Below, in pieces: positions 27,530 through 40,540 of a stretch of DNA of 64,000 nucleotides. The notes beneath the pieces were generated by a model, which ran no database searches, was not told the origin of the DNA, and saw nothing but the letters and a program-made list of their open reading frames with translations. Numbering within the stretch: the stretch's first letter is position 1; each line of letters opens with the position of its first letter. The DNA comes from Azolla caroliniana (taxonomy: Eukaryota; Plantae; Polypodiophyta). A program made the translations under genes and the position numbers. The stretch lies in the NCBI GenBank assembly GCA_043228905.1, contig JBHGNT010000011.1, positions 14,508,001-14,572,000 of the forward strand, given 5' to 3'.

Positions 27530-30500
27530 TCATGGTTGAAAACAATGCACGCACGAAGTGAACCTTGTGGCGAGGTTGGGATGAAACAAATATCTGAAGG
27601 AGAAGTTGTATGGTTGCCATTCAATACAATGAGATGCATTCTTATTTGGCTTTGATCTGATACAGTCGAGCAATGTCTCCTTTTCGTTCTTGTCATCGAG
27701 ATATTGACTAAACCACCCAAGAAGGTTACTTGCTGATATTGATGCTTCTCGTATGTACCACTCTACGATCTTGGGTAGGAGGACCTTATCATTTCGGAAT
27801 CCGATACTCGCTTGTAAGAACTCTTGCTTTGCGGCATCAAGTTCTTTGTGCACATCCTTTGCCGTGTACACTCTTATCTAGCAACCCAAAAACCTCACAA
27901 TTACATTGTTTCATGAGATAACAAGAAAATAGCAAATATGTTCGTCACATTGAGTCCAATGTTGTCAGCCTATTAGACAGATAACGCTATACAAGAACTA
28001 TGCTTTGCTAATAAAAGTACCAAAATTTACCACCATTTAATTATCAAGCATACCGCGGGATCCGATCGACCACCGCAACATAATGCGAAGCATACACGAG
28101 GCTCCTCATTCTCGATGGCATACGACCGCCTTCCATCACCAGATTTAAACTTGGGCCCCGTCGAGAACAAGTTCTGCAGCCACCAAGTTCGCGAAAACAA
28201 ATTTAATGATAAACTTTGGGCCATTCAACCCAAGCTAATTATGTTCTAGTCACCAATTTCTCATGTGTATAGCTAATCATTTTACCAAGATTGTTACATA
28301 TACATAGTGTTTAAGGAGTTTTGATAAGGCAAAAGGATGGCTAAGGATACAATCTAGATAGTGTTGATACATATACATATACATAGTGTTTAAGGAGTGT
28401 TGATAAGGCAAAAGGATGGCTAAGGATACAATCTAGATAGCTATGGTCTCGGCAATATCTTATGTAAGCTATATTACTGCCTCTTTTGGTTCTCGCACCT
28501 CCATCGGAAGTCCACAACATGAACCAATGGGTACAATCACTAGCCTTTAAGCTTTACAAATCAATGATTCAATATTTTGTCCTTATTCGGATCCTTTTTA
28601 TGTGAATGTCGACATCATAAATGACATACCTCCCAATATAATGCGTTTACCTTCATCGGACGATGTGGCCGACATCCCAAAATAGACATTTCAATAGAAT
28701 AAGCATTTACAGATCGACCCCCAATTTTATAAGCAGCCTGTATGGCAAAATATGTATTAGGATGGTGCATCACAAAGCTGCAAAAATATGTATTAGGATG
28801 GTGCAAAAATAATGCTCATCAAACAAACGGTGCATCACAAAGTTGCAAAAATAATTCTCATCAAACAAATTCATTGGCATAATAACTCATCCATAATGTG
28901 AAGTTTTCTTTTGTATATACAAATGAAGGCTTTTGACATAGAAACATGGTATCAAATTCCAAAGCAGAAAGAGAGAACAAAAGCTCTGGTTTCTTACACG
29001 TTGAAGAAGAGTCGTCCGTTTTACGTTGTTTTGAGGTATTCCATATGCTAGATATGCCTGAGAAGAATAAATTAATAAAAAACTTATCTTGAGGGTTGCA
29101 TGATAAATTACAATACTTGCCATATACTTAATAGGTTTTACAACTAGAACTCATAATTTTGCATTACATGCATCAAAAGGGCGTTATAGATGTTGATCCA
29201 AAACGCCAGCTTTTCATCATGCTTGAGATGACTGGGATCCACCTTTTCCAGCTGCTCAACCATTGACCTGGAATGTTTTGCAAAATTTCTTTTTGTTCTC
29301 ACTTTTGCCTTGTTATACATCGTATTTATCTATACAATGAGTTTCTTGATTCAATAACATCATTCGTCAAATCACCTGAAACCACGGAGCATATGTGCCA
29401 CATAGCTTATTCTCTCCTTATCCACAGAGATCCATGGAACTTCTACCATGTGTCTATAAGTCCCTGATACTCCACTTTTACCTTTTACTTGAAAGGGGTC
29501 GACCAATGATGCGTCATACGAATATTCTCCTTTCTTGTGTCCAGGTGACCATCCATCACTAAGAATGCCGAGTATCGAAGACAAGGTTGTTGATGAGGAT
29601 CTAGTGGACGATGGGGACTCTGGTGCTCCAAGATGTTCCAATGGGGGGTCCGAAAGTGTGCAATAGATAGTCACCATGCACCGAATCAACTCTTCTGACA
29701 GCTTGTTCGGTGTTTGATATAAATAGTCTCTCAATGGACGGGGCTCTTTCTCATTAAGGGAGTTTGTGTTCTTCATAGTGAAGGTCTGCAAGAAGAATCA
29801 CATTTCGTAATTTTTCTTTTCTTTTCAGAGGGTTTACAATACAATTTTGATTTCTATTAACTCAATAACTACTGACGGCCAAAGATAATAGAAGAACTTA
29901 ACCTGACCTATGGCTCTTCAGACAAGGACCCTGAACCCCAATCAGAACAAATTTTCCAGCTCTAATCAATTGCAATAAAATTCATTTGCATGAGAAGATA
30001 CGTTTACCCTTATGGAAATCCTTCTATGAAGAAGAGAAGGTTCAATCTCCAGCCTATTTATTTGTGTAAGAGTTAATGCATATGCTCAGAACATGACTTA
30101 ACACTACCTTGGAGTGCATCTGATTCCGGGTGCTAGAAAGCTCGACCATACTCACTGCTTCGCTGACTTTAATTCCATAACCTAATTTTTCTTGGATGAT
30201 GAAAGAAGAAGCTTCAAGAGCATCAGCTTCAGGTACATTGCCTCGATATCCTTGTATTGGTTTTTGCTCACTACTTGATTTTCTCGTCTTGCTCAGGTCC
30301 ATCTGAGATTTGCAATATTGCTTATGATGAGCCTCATCATACGTTATGATTTGACTCTGACATTCATTAGTTTCCCGACCATTAAAGACCGAAGAGACCA
30401 AGGAGCACGAGAAGAAGCGAGTGAAAAACTGCCTGTAAAGGGCAAGAAGTTGGTGCTCGAGATCACCCACCTCTTCCTCGAGGGCATTTATCTCGTTTAA

Positions 30501-32274
30501 AAGCTCTTTGGTCTAAACAAAAGACAATCAAGTCCAGGAATAGGTTTAATAAATCTTGCCTTGTTTTAGTGAGTTATTAATCCAGCAGTGGACTTGATTA
30601 TAAGAGTTACTTTGTTTCTTCACCTGAGGCATAAGGTGCTGACATCCAGTGGAAATAGATGGTGTACACCGGCCCACCACAGCTGTTTCAAGAGTATGCC
30701 TCGTAGCTACTTCACTCTCAAGCTGACTTTGAAGCTCTGAAACCTAAGTGCAAGCATATACATATGTGCAGTGCCATTAACATCTTGATGGCCCACATGA
30801 CATTATATGTAAAGCACCAATTTTATGCTGGTAAGTGTACAGTATAATCATTCACATTGATGTAGTCCCTTAGATTTAACTGAGTCCAGTAATGTACGAT
30901 TGTATGTATGATCATAACAAACCCTACAGCATAAACCCACAAAACTTTGCATACATTTTTATTGTTAAGAGAAACCCTCAATATGCTCACTTAACTTTTG
31001 TTGTCTAGAGTGCCCCACCCGATACGATACAAAAAAATTGCCTATATTTTGTCCTAGGTAAACCCTTAAAAAACATTTCACTTACAATTTTCGCTCTAGA
31101 GAAACACACACAAGAAGATATTTGCTCACATTTTGTTCTAGAGAAGCTCTCCGATCTCGTAAACGGCAATGGGGCCTCTCTATATGCCCCTCATTTTGCA
31201 ACGAGGATAGCTGAAAGGAAATATGGCATCATCAGTGTATGTCAAAAGGGGTTTAAGTTCAGGAAAACTTTCATTTTTTCATGATATCCACACTAACCTT
31301 CATATGTCGGAAGCCTAGGTTGGATGATAAACCCCCCTCCTCAGGAGCACTATTGAAAAACACAGAGAAAAGTGCAATCTACTATAACATCATTTACCAT
31401 TGCAAAGTATTAAGGAAAGGGTGACTTAATAAGAGAATATGATATATTACAATGACATAATTACAATTGGAAAAAGACCATGCTACTTCGAATACAGAAG
31501 CGTTTTAACATAGAAAAGGGCAGTCATTATATAATACCACTTGCCATTGCAAACGAAGACAATGGCCTTCATTCTAATATAACATCATTTTCCATTGCTG
31601 GAAAAAAGTGCTTGACAGTCTATTATAACACCATTTTCAATAGCAAAACACAGAAAAAATCAAGTGTTTCTCAGCATAGAGACTAACAATTCCTATAGGA
31701 AGATAGACAATAGAAAAAGACGAAGAAAACGTGAAAGAAAATGATCAAACAATGCCTGCTAATTACTCGAGCCAAACACAAACATTATACTGAAAATGAT
31801 TACACGTAGGAAAGGGCAAACTATGATACAATTTCCATCGCAAAGACCCAAAACCAGAAGAAAAAAGTGAAAGCTAACGGAAAACAATGAATCCGACGAT
31901 GGGCACTAATATAGCTCATGTTTACTTCATAAATCGAAAAGGGCAGACTAGGGTACAAATTCCATTGCAAAAATTCAAAACGGAACAGAAGTGAAAGTAA
32001 AAAGAGAAACTGAACCAAACCATGGTTACTAATACTGCAAATCAAACATCATCCATCCTATGAGACAGTCTCCATCGCCAAAACAAAGAGATGAATGAAT
32101 CAATCAAGAGAGGCTTAAAGAAAATTAGCGTTCTTTGTTTTTTCCTTTCTTTTTTACTTTTGCATAAAGAAAATATGAAAAGATTAAATTTTTAAAAAAA
32201 AAACTAAATCAACAATTCTACCTTTTGGATCTAGAATGCTTTGCAGGAAGTGGTTGTGGGTGTCCATAAAGCAT
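27530..32274 (-). CDS. Ternary complex factor MIP1 leucine-zipper plus DUF547 domain protein, ~611-614 aa
   Basis: Phase-consistent exons: 32274-32222, 31349-31298, 31210-31130, 30743-30624, 30512-30108, 29785-29376, 29267-29168, 29057-28998, 28737-28651, 28173(or 28182)-28054, 27877-27530. Motifs KHSRSKS, RASLEQNVSELQSQL, ELLNEINALEEEV, PNKLSEELIRCM, EKLAFWINIYNALLMH, EPRVCFALCCGGRSDPA, YNFSFRYL. Confidence 0.9.
28295..28440. repeat. 67-bp near-identical tandem duplication in a DUF547-gene intron
   Basis: Copies at 28295-28361 and 28374-28440 differ at one base. Confidence 0.9.
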
Positions 32275-33350
32275 CCTTTAAAACCATACAATGAGAGAGA
32301 TGATGATAATGATGATGATGATGATGATGAAGAGGAGGAAACAGGGGAGGGAAACAGAGTAGAAGAAGAAGAAGAAGATGATGATGAAGATGAAAGCCCC
32401 AAGCAACAGGGGATTGAAGAAGCAAAGAAGATAAGTTGGGCTTCTTCTCTGAGAGGAGGAGGAGGAGGGCCAGAGAAGGAGTAGAGATGGAGAGAGAGAG
32501 ATTGTTTGCTTTCAAGCATTAAATGGTGATGGAAAGGAGAGCTACTGTATGTATGTATGTATGTATGTATGTATGTATGTATCTAACCAGGTTTTCTATG
32601 GAAGTGGCAAAACAGAGAGGATCAAAAGAGCTACTATAGAGCTAGAGAGAGAGAGAGAGAGAGAGAGAGACTGAGGAGAGGAAAGGAGGAGTCAGGGATC
32701 CCCGAGGGCCGGGCCCGGCACGGCATGGCCACCATTCAGAGTGGGCGGGCTAATGACCATGGGCCACGGGATGGACGAAGTCGCAATGTGTTCTTCTAGG
32801 CCTGTCTCCTCCGACCCATAAGTTGTCCTCAATTCTTCGATACATCTCTCTCCGACACTTTTGACACTTCGCCCTAGTGCCAATCCAATCTTCCCTTTCG
32901 TGATCTCTCTCTCTCTCCTCCACGAACCTTTTACCCCATCATTTTCCAAGCCCCGTAACATCATCTTACGGATCAGACCTCTTTTAGGAGACCCATGGCT
33001 TGGCTTTTCTTCTTCTTCTTCTTCTTTCTTTTACTACCAAGTTTTTGTAATAGGTTGGCTTGCTTCATCTTCTTGTTCTTTGTTTTTATGCCGCTAGCTT
33101 TTTGTGTGTGTGTATATCCTCCAGAGGCTTTGTGTGTGTGTGTGTGTGTATCCTCCAGAATTTGGGCACTCGGCAATTCCGATGAATGTTGCGCACGGTA
33201 AATTTTGTGAGAACCTTCATGTTTGCGGGAGACAGGGAGAAAGCCAAAATAAGGATCATCTAGACATTGCATTTAGCATTAATTCAAGTGAACTCGCATT
33301 TTGACATAGGATATAGAGTAAAGAGAGATGGTTGGTGCATTGAACTTGAT

Positions 33351-33401
<51 letters not shown>

Positions 33402-33775
33402 GCATGGTGGTGGTGGCTTTTACTTTTGTCTTTTTTGTTGACAGAGAATTTTGCAGGATTGTGTTTAATTATTGAGTGTGCTTTAGTGGGGCTTGTACCT
33501 TGTACCACCCCACCCCATATTGTCAACTTGTCATGTGATTAAGGGAATGTATGGCCTCCTTTATGTACATACATACATATTATACCTCTTTTACTAGTCT
33601 CTCTTTCACCACCTTCATTCGCACATCACATCACAATTGATCGGGGAAGTAAATCAAAATGCACCAACCGGTGGGGATGTATTGTTGTATAAACGTCTTT
33701 TAGTAGACAAACTTGGCCTATCGGATCCCACCCATGAGGTTACAATCGGAAAGTGTTCTTTATCAACGTTTCTTC

Positions 33776-34530
33776 TAGATACATATATAGAATTTACTAC
33801 CGTGCTATGAGGTCAAATATGATCTATGGGAGCAAAAGTTACACACGTTCGCATAGTATGTTTGGCATCGAGTCGTGTATCTTTGATGTTGTGATTGAGA
33901 GTGCACATTATGATTTCTGGGGGAAATGCATGCATGGATTGAACCTAATTAACAACATACGTAAAGCAAACTTAAATATGGTCGAAGATGGAGCCTTGTA
34001 TCAAAGTGTGATAATCGAACTCACAAATTCTTTGGCTGAAAACTTGCATAGTTAACACCTCACCTCAACATTGAAGATAATGTGAGCTAAGCCAAATTGA
34101 AGCAATGGCAAGGATGGAGAAGAAAGGAGTGATAGGCTTTAATATCTATGGATGAGTATGGTTTCCGTTTTCAAAGACAAATATGGTCTTGTCATTTGGG
34201 GCAACATATAGTGTAAAATGTGTGCATCTACATATCTCGGCAAGTTGTGATACATTGGCATTGCAAAAAAACCTATTCATTGAGGGATCTATTGACAAAC
34301 CAGGAAACAAGTTGTGGGTTTCCATTTCTAGACCATTTCTTCACACTTACTTCCATCCGAAACTCAAATTTTTGCTTTTACATGTGTTTTGGAATATTTT
34401 CACTTGTTTCCCACATGATACATCTACGGAGCCAATAGGGAAGGGTCTTTTCTCAACATATATGCATGCCTTCAACCACACTTTCAATGCCCATAATCTC
34501 AAAGGGATCTAGTCTCAAGACGTTGTTTTT
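33776..34530 (-). mobile_element. Older diverged 3' fragment of the RTEX-like LINE family
   Basis: Colinear with 40550-41320: GAGGTCAAATATGA, GAGAGTGCACATT, TTGTATCAAAGTGTGATA, ATGTGAGCTAAG, TGATACATTGGCATTGCAA. Confidence 0.8.
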
Positions 34531-37212
34531 GGCCGTAAGATGTTCAACTACATTGGGCATTGTGTCATTCTTGAATCGAAGTAGACATGTTAATCAACTT
34601 TGAGATCTCCATTAGTCTAAGGTTTGATAATATGTCGACCCACCTTGCTAGAATAGTGAAATGAGTCCATTGGGCTCATGACCCATGCATAGTTTTTCAA
34701 AAACTCATTGTGATGAGGGTTGATCATTACAACAATTTTGAGCTTCAACAAGAAATTGCAACCATTGTCTATGAAGGCAAGGAGTAATCTCACTTGTAAT
34801 TTAGTTTTCATTTGAGGAAAATGATCTCGAGCTTTCACATGAAAATGATCTCGACCTTTTATCTTCTACAAGTGGGCGGAAAAAACATTTTTTCTCTTGC
34901 ATTCCTATTCATGCGACCTCATTCAAAAACGAAACCATCAACATTATCATTTGAACCAATGCTCAATGCAGTAAGCAAATTTCATGAAGTTCCTTTGATG
35001 CCAAAAATCCAAACTTGGCTAAGGGGGAGATGGGTATAACCACTCCTTGTCTTATGACGAGCTCTTAATGTGTCATTGTGCAACCATAGAAGTTAAAGTA
35101 TACACAAGTAAATTGGGCATTTTAAATGACCTAAAGACAATTTAGTATCTATTAATTGAAGTGTTGAGATTTTTTCGGGATTTAGCTTTGGTGTTCCACA
35201 TGTGCATATCTTGAGATTGGAAGATGCGATGACCCTAATGAAGAAGCCAACGAGCTTCCACTTTGTAATTGAAAACCCTTTGTAGCCCATTGGTTTGTTA
35301 TAGTAACCAATACATGTGCATGATATCTTATTCACAATCTTTTTCTTAATAATTCTATGAGCATATTAACTATGGATAGTGGCTTGGCATATCCACCATA
35401 ACCTGCATTAAATATGTAAAACTTAAACAAATTGCCCATCTTTGCATCCAGATCTCGAGGAGTTAAAGCACAATTCGTGTGGGACATTGTAAAAAAGAGC
35501 TCTCAATGTTGGAGTGTCTAATATCCATTGGGATGAAATGCGATGGCATTTTTGGGCCATGGATCTTTTAGGTGGATAAGTTATAAATGCAATGAGCACC
35601 ATTTTTAATTATGCCATATAGGTCACGTAGCGAGGACATCTCCTATGGCTCTTTATCATTTGAGCAAGGGGAAGTAGTAAAATGATGTAAACAAAGTTGT
35701 TGATAACGAGGTTACATTGTGAGGTAAATGTTTGGCATCATAGGCAATTGGTTGGATCTTGGATCAATATAAGTGAGTGCTGCTTTGATCTATATGCAAG
35801 TAATGTTGTAATTGTTAGGTTGGTAACCCATGGTTTTTGTAGTTCAAATTGACTCAAATTGAACAAGTGTTGATTGCCAAATATCATCCAAAATATGTGA
35901 GAGAAGGAACCTCATCTTGTATATATTTTGGAAATAATGTTGCTACTTAACGTTAAAACACAATATTAATCCATCGTAATTTAAAGAAGTGAAGTTTATC
36001 CACTTAAATTACAAGGTTAATCCATACATATTAATTCACATTGTACTACATAAAATATCTTCCTATTTAACTATTGTGATGGGGGTTTACCTCATCAAAT
36101 TGCCATCGAGGAGTTCATGTGGTTTCTTCATGCATTTTCAAAGAAGTAATTAAGCCACTTTAGCGAGCCTTTTAATACTATCCACTCTCCTATCCTTAAG
36201 TCTTAGTTAATGTAAATGAAACAAGGCAATGTCATCATTTACACTAATCCATGAAAAACACAAAAACAATTAAAAAACCACCACACTTTATTATCATGAG
36301 AGGTTTGAAATGCACTCAATACAAGAGGAACTTGAGAGGAATGTCTAAGGTTCAACCCCTTGTAATACATAAGTAGCATTGTAATGCGGAAAAGTTCATA
36401 CAATATCCAAGACGGAAGTAATTATGAACTACCTATCATGTGTTGATCTGGCTCCTTTCTCTCTAGTATCTCGACTCTCAATGTGTTTAATTTTGTAACA
36501 AAACATATTTGATATTGACATTTTATATTAGATGTTAATACACCTAGGATGAAATAGTGGGAGTTGTTTGGAATCAACATGATTAATTGCATCATTATTG
36601 AATTACTCTTTATGATTAGGTCTCATGTTACCTTCACTTGTATGTTTGAGAATGTTGATACATAATGTGTGCAATTATGAAAATAATCGTTGAAAGAGTA
36701 GGATTCATCAAGTTGATGGCAAAGATTTATCAAGATGAAACATTCACATCGCAAAATATATATTAGAGGGACGATGAGCCTCTCAACCAATATTATAACA
36801 TTTACTTTGACTTCTCCAAGTGAATCATATAATGAGGGAGAGATTCATCTCAATTTTAAATTCGATCTTATAGCAACACATTAGTACGACCAACTTTCAT
36901 ACTCTATGTTTGAAAAGAGAGGCTTGAATATGATGATGTGGAGCACCATCAAAATGGTGATTTGGACACTATGCCACTTTATAATACGAGCACACAATTG
37001 GTCAATTTGGCGTATATATACATACATATACACATATACGTATACATATACATACACACACACACACACACATGTATATCGATCGGGCCTTGGCTGACCA
37101 TCTTTTCAATGATCGATAGATACTTAAGCCAATCTCAGGAGAGGTGTGTCACGAGTCCATACACGAGAGACTGATAGGTAACCAAGCAGAGTGTGAGAGC
37201 AAGTCATGGTGT

Positions 37213-37263
<51 letters not shown>

Positions 37264-37264
<1 letters not shown>

Positions 37265-37342
37265 ACGTCTTCTAAGGCCAAAATTGGCCCATGAGACAAT
37301 TGGTGTACAACAAAATGGAGTTTTTATCCAATCATCAGAACT
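37264..37342 (+). repeat. ~80-bp direct repeat, copy A (partner at 44331-44411)
   Basis: GTCTTCTAAGGCCAAAATTGG(G)CCCATGAGACA...TTTATCCAATCATCAGAACT occurs at both sites, roughly 85-90% identical by eye. Confidence 0.9.
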
Positions 37343-37344
37343 GA

Positions 37345-40300
37345 TAATAATAATAATAATAAATAAAGTAAAATAAAATTAGTACTTAAGTTAAGAGAGT
37401 TCTAGTATTGACTTTGCACTAAGCCTAATTTCATTTCCACCCAAGCCTCTCGAAAAAAAGTGGGAGGTCAAAGGGTTTCAGTGTGGGTGTGACTTGTAGT
37501 TCCGGTGTAGAGAGGGCCCTAGCCATGGCTTCTAGGCGGTGTAGCTCACGTTCCCTTATTTTCTTAATTGCTTCTACACCACGTCGAGTTGCTTTGAAAC
37601 TTGGCATTCAAGGGCATTTGGTTCTTCTTTGGTTTTCTGCTTCATCAAGGAAGAGGCCAAGTGGTGTAGGTGTGTTGACCATCGTTGTCTCCCCCTGTTC
37701 CTGAAAAACTTCATTTGTTGCATGTTAGTAAATATTAAAAACATTATTGTCAACATTTTGTAGCTTATTTTCTCTATGTTGTTTTAGTTCTAGGATATAT
37801 CTACCTAATTTCTTTATATTTAGAGTATCTAATAGTTTCGGGAGGGTGGGAGAGGGACCGAGTATGTTTAGGTATTTTGCCCTTATCTCGGCGTAAGTTG
37901 GGCACTTGCATGTAAAGTGGTACTCATCCTCGATGTCTATGTGACATATTCTACATATCCTTTCCTCTCTAGGAACTCCATTAATACGACCACACTCAAT
38001 CTCAAGTTGGTGAGATGATATTCTAAGTTTTCCAATGGCAACCCTTAGTGCATTTGGTAAGAATGCATCTAGGTATTTTGGTCGTGTAATAAAACCTAAC
38101 TTAGAGAAGTGCATGACGTGTTCCTTATAGTACACCATTTTATATGGGAGTGGTTGTAATGGGGTGATCCATTTATAGTGAGTGTAAATTTGCCATATTT
38201 CTTGGCGTATTACTTTATTACGATCCTCACGAGAGATTAAAGTGTTGTCAAATGCGTGGTTGTACCTAAGGGGAGGTAGGTTATTAATGTCTAGACCGTT
38301 TGCAATTAACAATCGACAACGGTTCGGTTCGGTTTGAGAGGGTTCAAACCGAACCGTTTAAATATTTTGAAACCTAAACCAAACCGAACTAAACCATGAA
38401 ACCGTTAAACTGAACTGTTAAACATTTTTCAAACCGTTAAACCATTAAACCGTTAAAACCGTAGTTTCGTGGTTCGGTTTCAGTTTTCAACATAGGTCTA
38501 ATTTATAATTTATAATTTTTTAAAATTTATAATATTTCCTTTTTTTAAAATTTTTAAAATGTTTAAGATGTTCCTAAAATGTGAGAATAAGGTCTAAAAA
38601 TGAAAAGATTGTTTAAAAATAAAATTTTAAATTTTTTAGAATTTTTTTAAATTTTTAAAAAATAAAAAATAAAAAACCATGAAACCATTTAAACCGCGGG
38701 TTTTGACTGTTGAAATCGAACTGAACCGTTAATAAAAACCTAAAACTAAACTGAACCGAACCGTTGAAACTGTTAAGCCGTTAAACTGCGGTTTCGCGGT
38801 TGGATTCGGTTCAAACCGAACCGTTGCCGATTGTTATTTGCAATAAGCCAACTCACCATCATGCCATACCATGAGCTAATATAGTCGGACTCATGCAGTG
38901 ATCGAGAGGCCTCAAAGGCTTGATAGGATATCCTATCATGTGGTTGGCCATGTATCCTATGAATAAGGACTACAAGTTGAAAAAGTGCCTCTACTCGCAT
39001 CAGGGGTAAAGTGAACTCAGCTCTAATAATGTCATGTGGTACTGTCAATTTGCTTCGGAGTTGGCGTGATAACATCATCACCAATGGTCTCTCTAATTGC
39101 GTCCACATGAAAGATGGTAGCCCTGGAGCCCAAACCACTGATGCATACATGAGAGAGGGGGCTACTAATGAGTCAAAGAGCCACCCCTTAGTCCGTGGCT
39201 CTTGGAAGTATGCTTGGTGACATTGTCTCTCAAGGAGTGAGAGGGATGCATGTCCACTAGTAAGTCTATCCTTCGCTGCCAATGTCATTGAAAATTTACC
39301 TGAGTGGGCATTGAAAGTGACACCGAGATAGACATATGATCCAACCACCTCAACTGGGCTATGGGAGATGGTTAGGTAACATTTAGCTCTAACTTGGGCC
39401 GTTGTGTGAAAGATAAGGACTTTAGTTTTCCCTAGATTTACTACTGATCCTTGTTGTGTGCAAAATTCATCTAAGGCATTTAGGTGCCTTTGTAGGTCGT
39501 GTTCAGATTTAGAGAGCAAAACTATGTCGTCTACATAGAGCATGAAATGAACCTACGTATTCCCAAGGACTACTTTGTTGCCTCCCTTACGAGTGATAAA
39601 ATCTGTGATCTCATCAATGTAGATCCCAAAAAGAGTTGGTCATAGGGGCCAACCTTGTGTTACACCAATAGTGCTAATGAAGCAATTGGATAGGCCACTT
39701 GGGCATCTGACGCACCCGGAGACTTGCTCATATAGCGCGTAGATGGCCCAAATCATGTCATATGGTATCCTCAAGCTTTTAAGCCTATCAAACAACCGCT
39801 CTCTAGGAACTGTGTCGAATGCTTTGCGGAAGTCCACAAAACAACAATATAATTTCTTCTTGCGAGCCTTAGTCTGATCAATAAAGCATCTAATTGTGAA
39901 GATACGATCAATAATAGAAAAGGCTCGTCTAAAGCCAACTTGTTCAGGTGCGTGAAGATTTAGGGTCTCCATATAATCGTTAAGCTCTGTTTCCATTACT
40001 ACACCATATAATTTAACAAGTGTATGACCTATCATAATGGTCCTATATGTATTTGGGTCCATGGGGCCGCCCTCTCCTTTATGTATGGGGGTCACTGTGT
40101 TCATAGTCCATTGTGGTGGAAAACCCTAGACTTACAAAGGGAGCTAGGTACTCTTGCGCATATATGATGTGTTCTACTCGCAGTCTTGTGTGGTTCATGG
40201 ACTTCCTATGTTGTAATTTCTTTATGACCTTCAAGACCCTAGAGGTCGTGAAAAGCGTCCCCATGGTAGGCTGGGGTGTAGAAGGCATCAGAATGGGTGG

Positions 40301-40537
40301 TTGGTTTGGGACTTGGTAAAGTCTCTCTATATATGTGTGCCACGTGTTGGGATCCTCGATGGGTGTTTGTGGTCTTGGTTCCCGTAATCTCTTCCATGCA
40401 GTGGCACAATCTCTACTCATGAGCATATGGTGTCCCAATATTGGGATGCCTCCCACGCTCGTCTCTTACAACGTGTCATCTCGCGCATTTCTTTGCGAGC
40501 TTGTACTGAGGTAATAGTACCACTGAGTTGAGATACT
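37345..40537 (-). mobile_element. 5'-truncated RTE/RTEX-like LINE (RT plus C-terminal zinc knuckle), frameshifted
   Basis: ORF pieces 40079-40456, 39640-40104 (YRTIMIG, CFVDFRKAFD, GVTQG), 38773-39543 (YVDD, YVYLGV) and 37725-38312 (LRISSHQLEIECGR, C..C...EDEYHF..C). Possible (TAT)n tail at 37345-37380. Confidence 0.88.
38307..38836. mobile_element. hAT-type MITE (530 bp) inserted in the LINE ORF2
   Basis: TIRs TAACAATCG(A/G)CAACGGTTCGGTT. Perfect 8-bp TSD TTTGCAAT at 38299-38306 and 38837-38844. Many AACCG motifs and an AT-rich core. Excision restores WLIANGLD. Confidence 0.93.
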
Positions 40538-40540
40538 TTA

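Noticed and set aside
29902-30052. Two possible extra small exons in the DUF547 gene
   Set aside because: Their phases could not be reconciled, and direct splicing 30108 to 29785 is already in frame.
32184-32519. Poly-Ser, poly-His and acidic ORFs
   Set aside because: They arise from trinucleotide repeats in the DUF547 5' leader; the coding frame has a stop just before the ATG at 32274.
37088-37210. miR169-like pieces (CAGCCAAGG and ATGACTTGC) on the minus strand
   Set aside because: The two halves are separated and in the wrong order, and there is no precursor hairpin.
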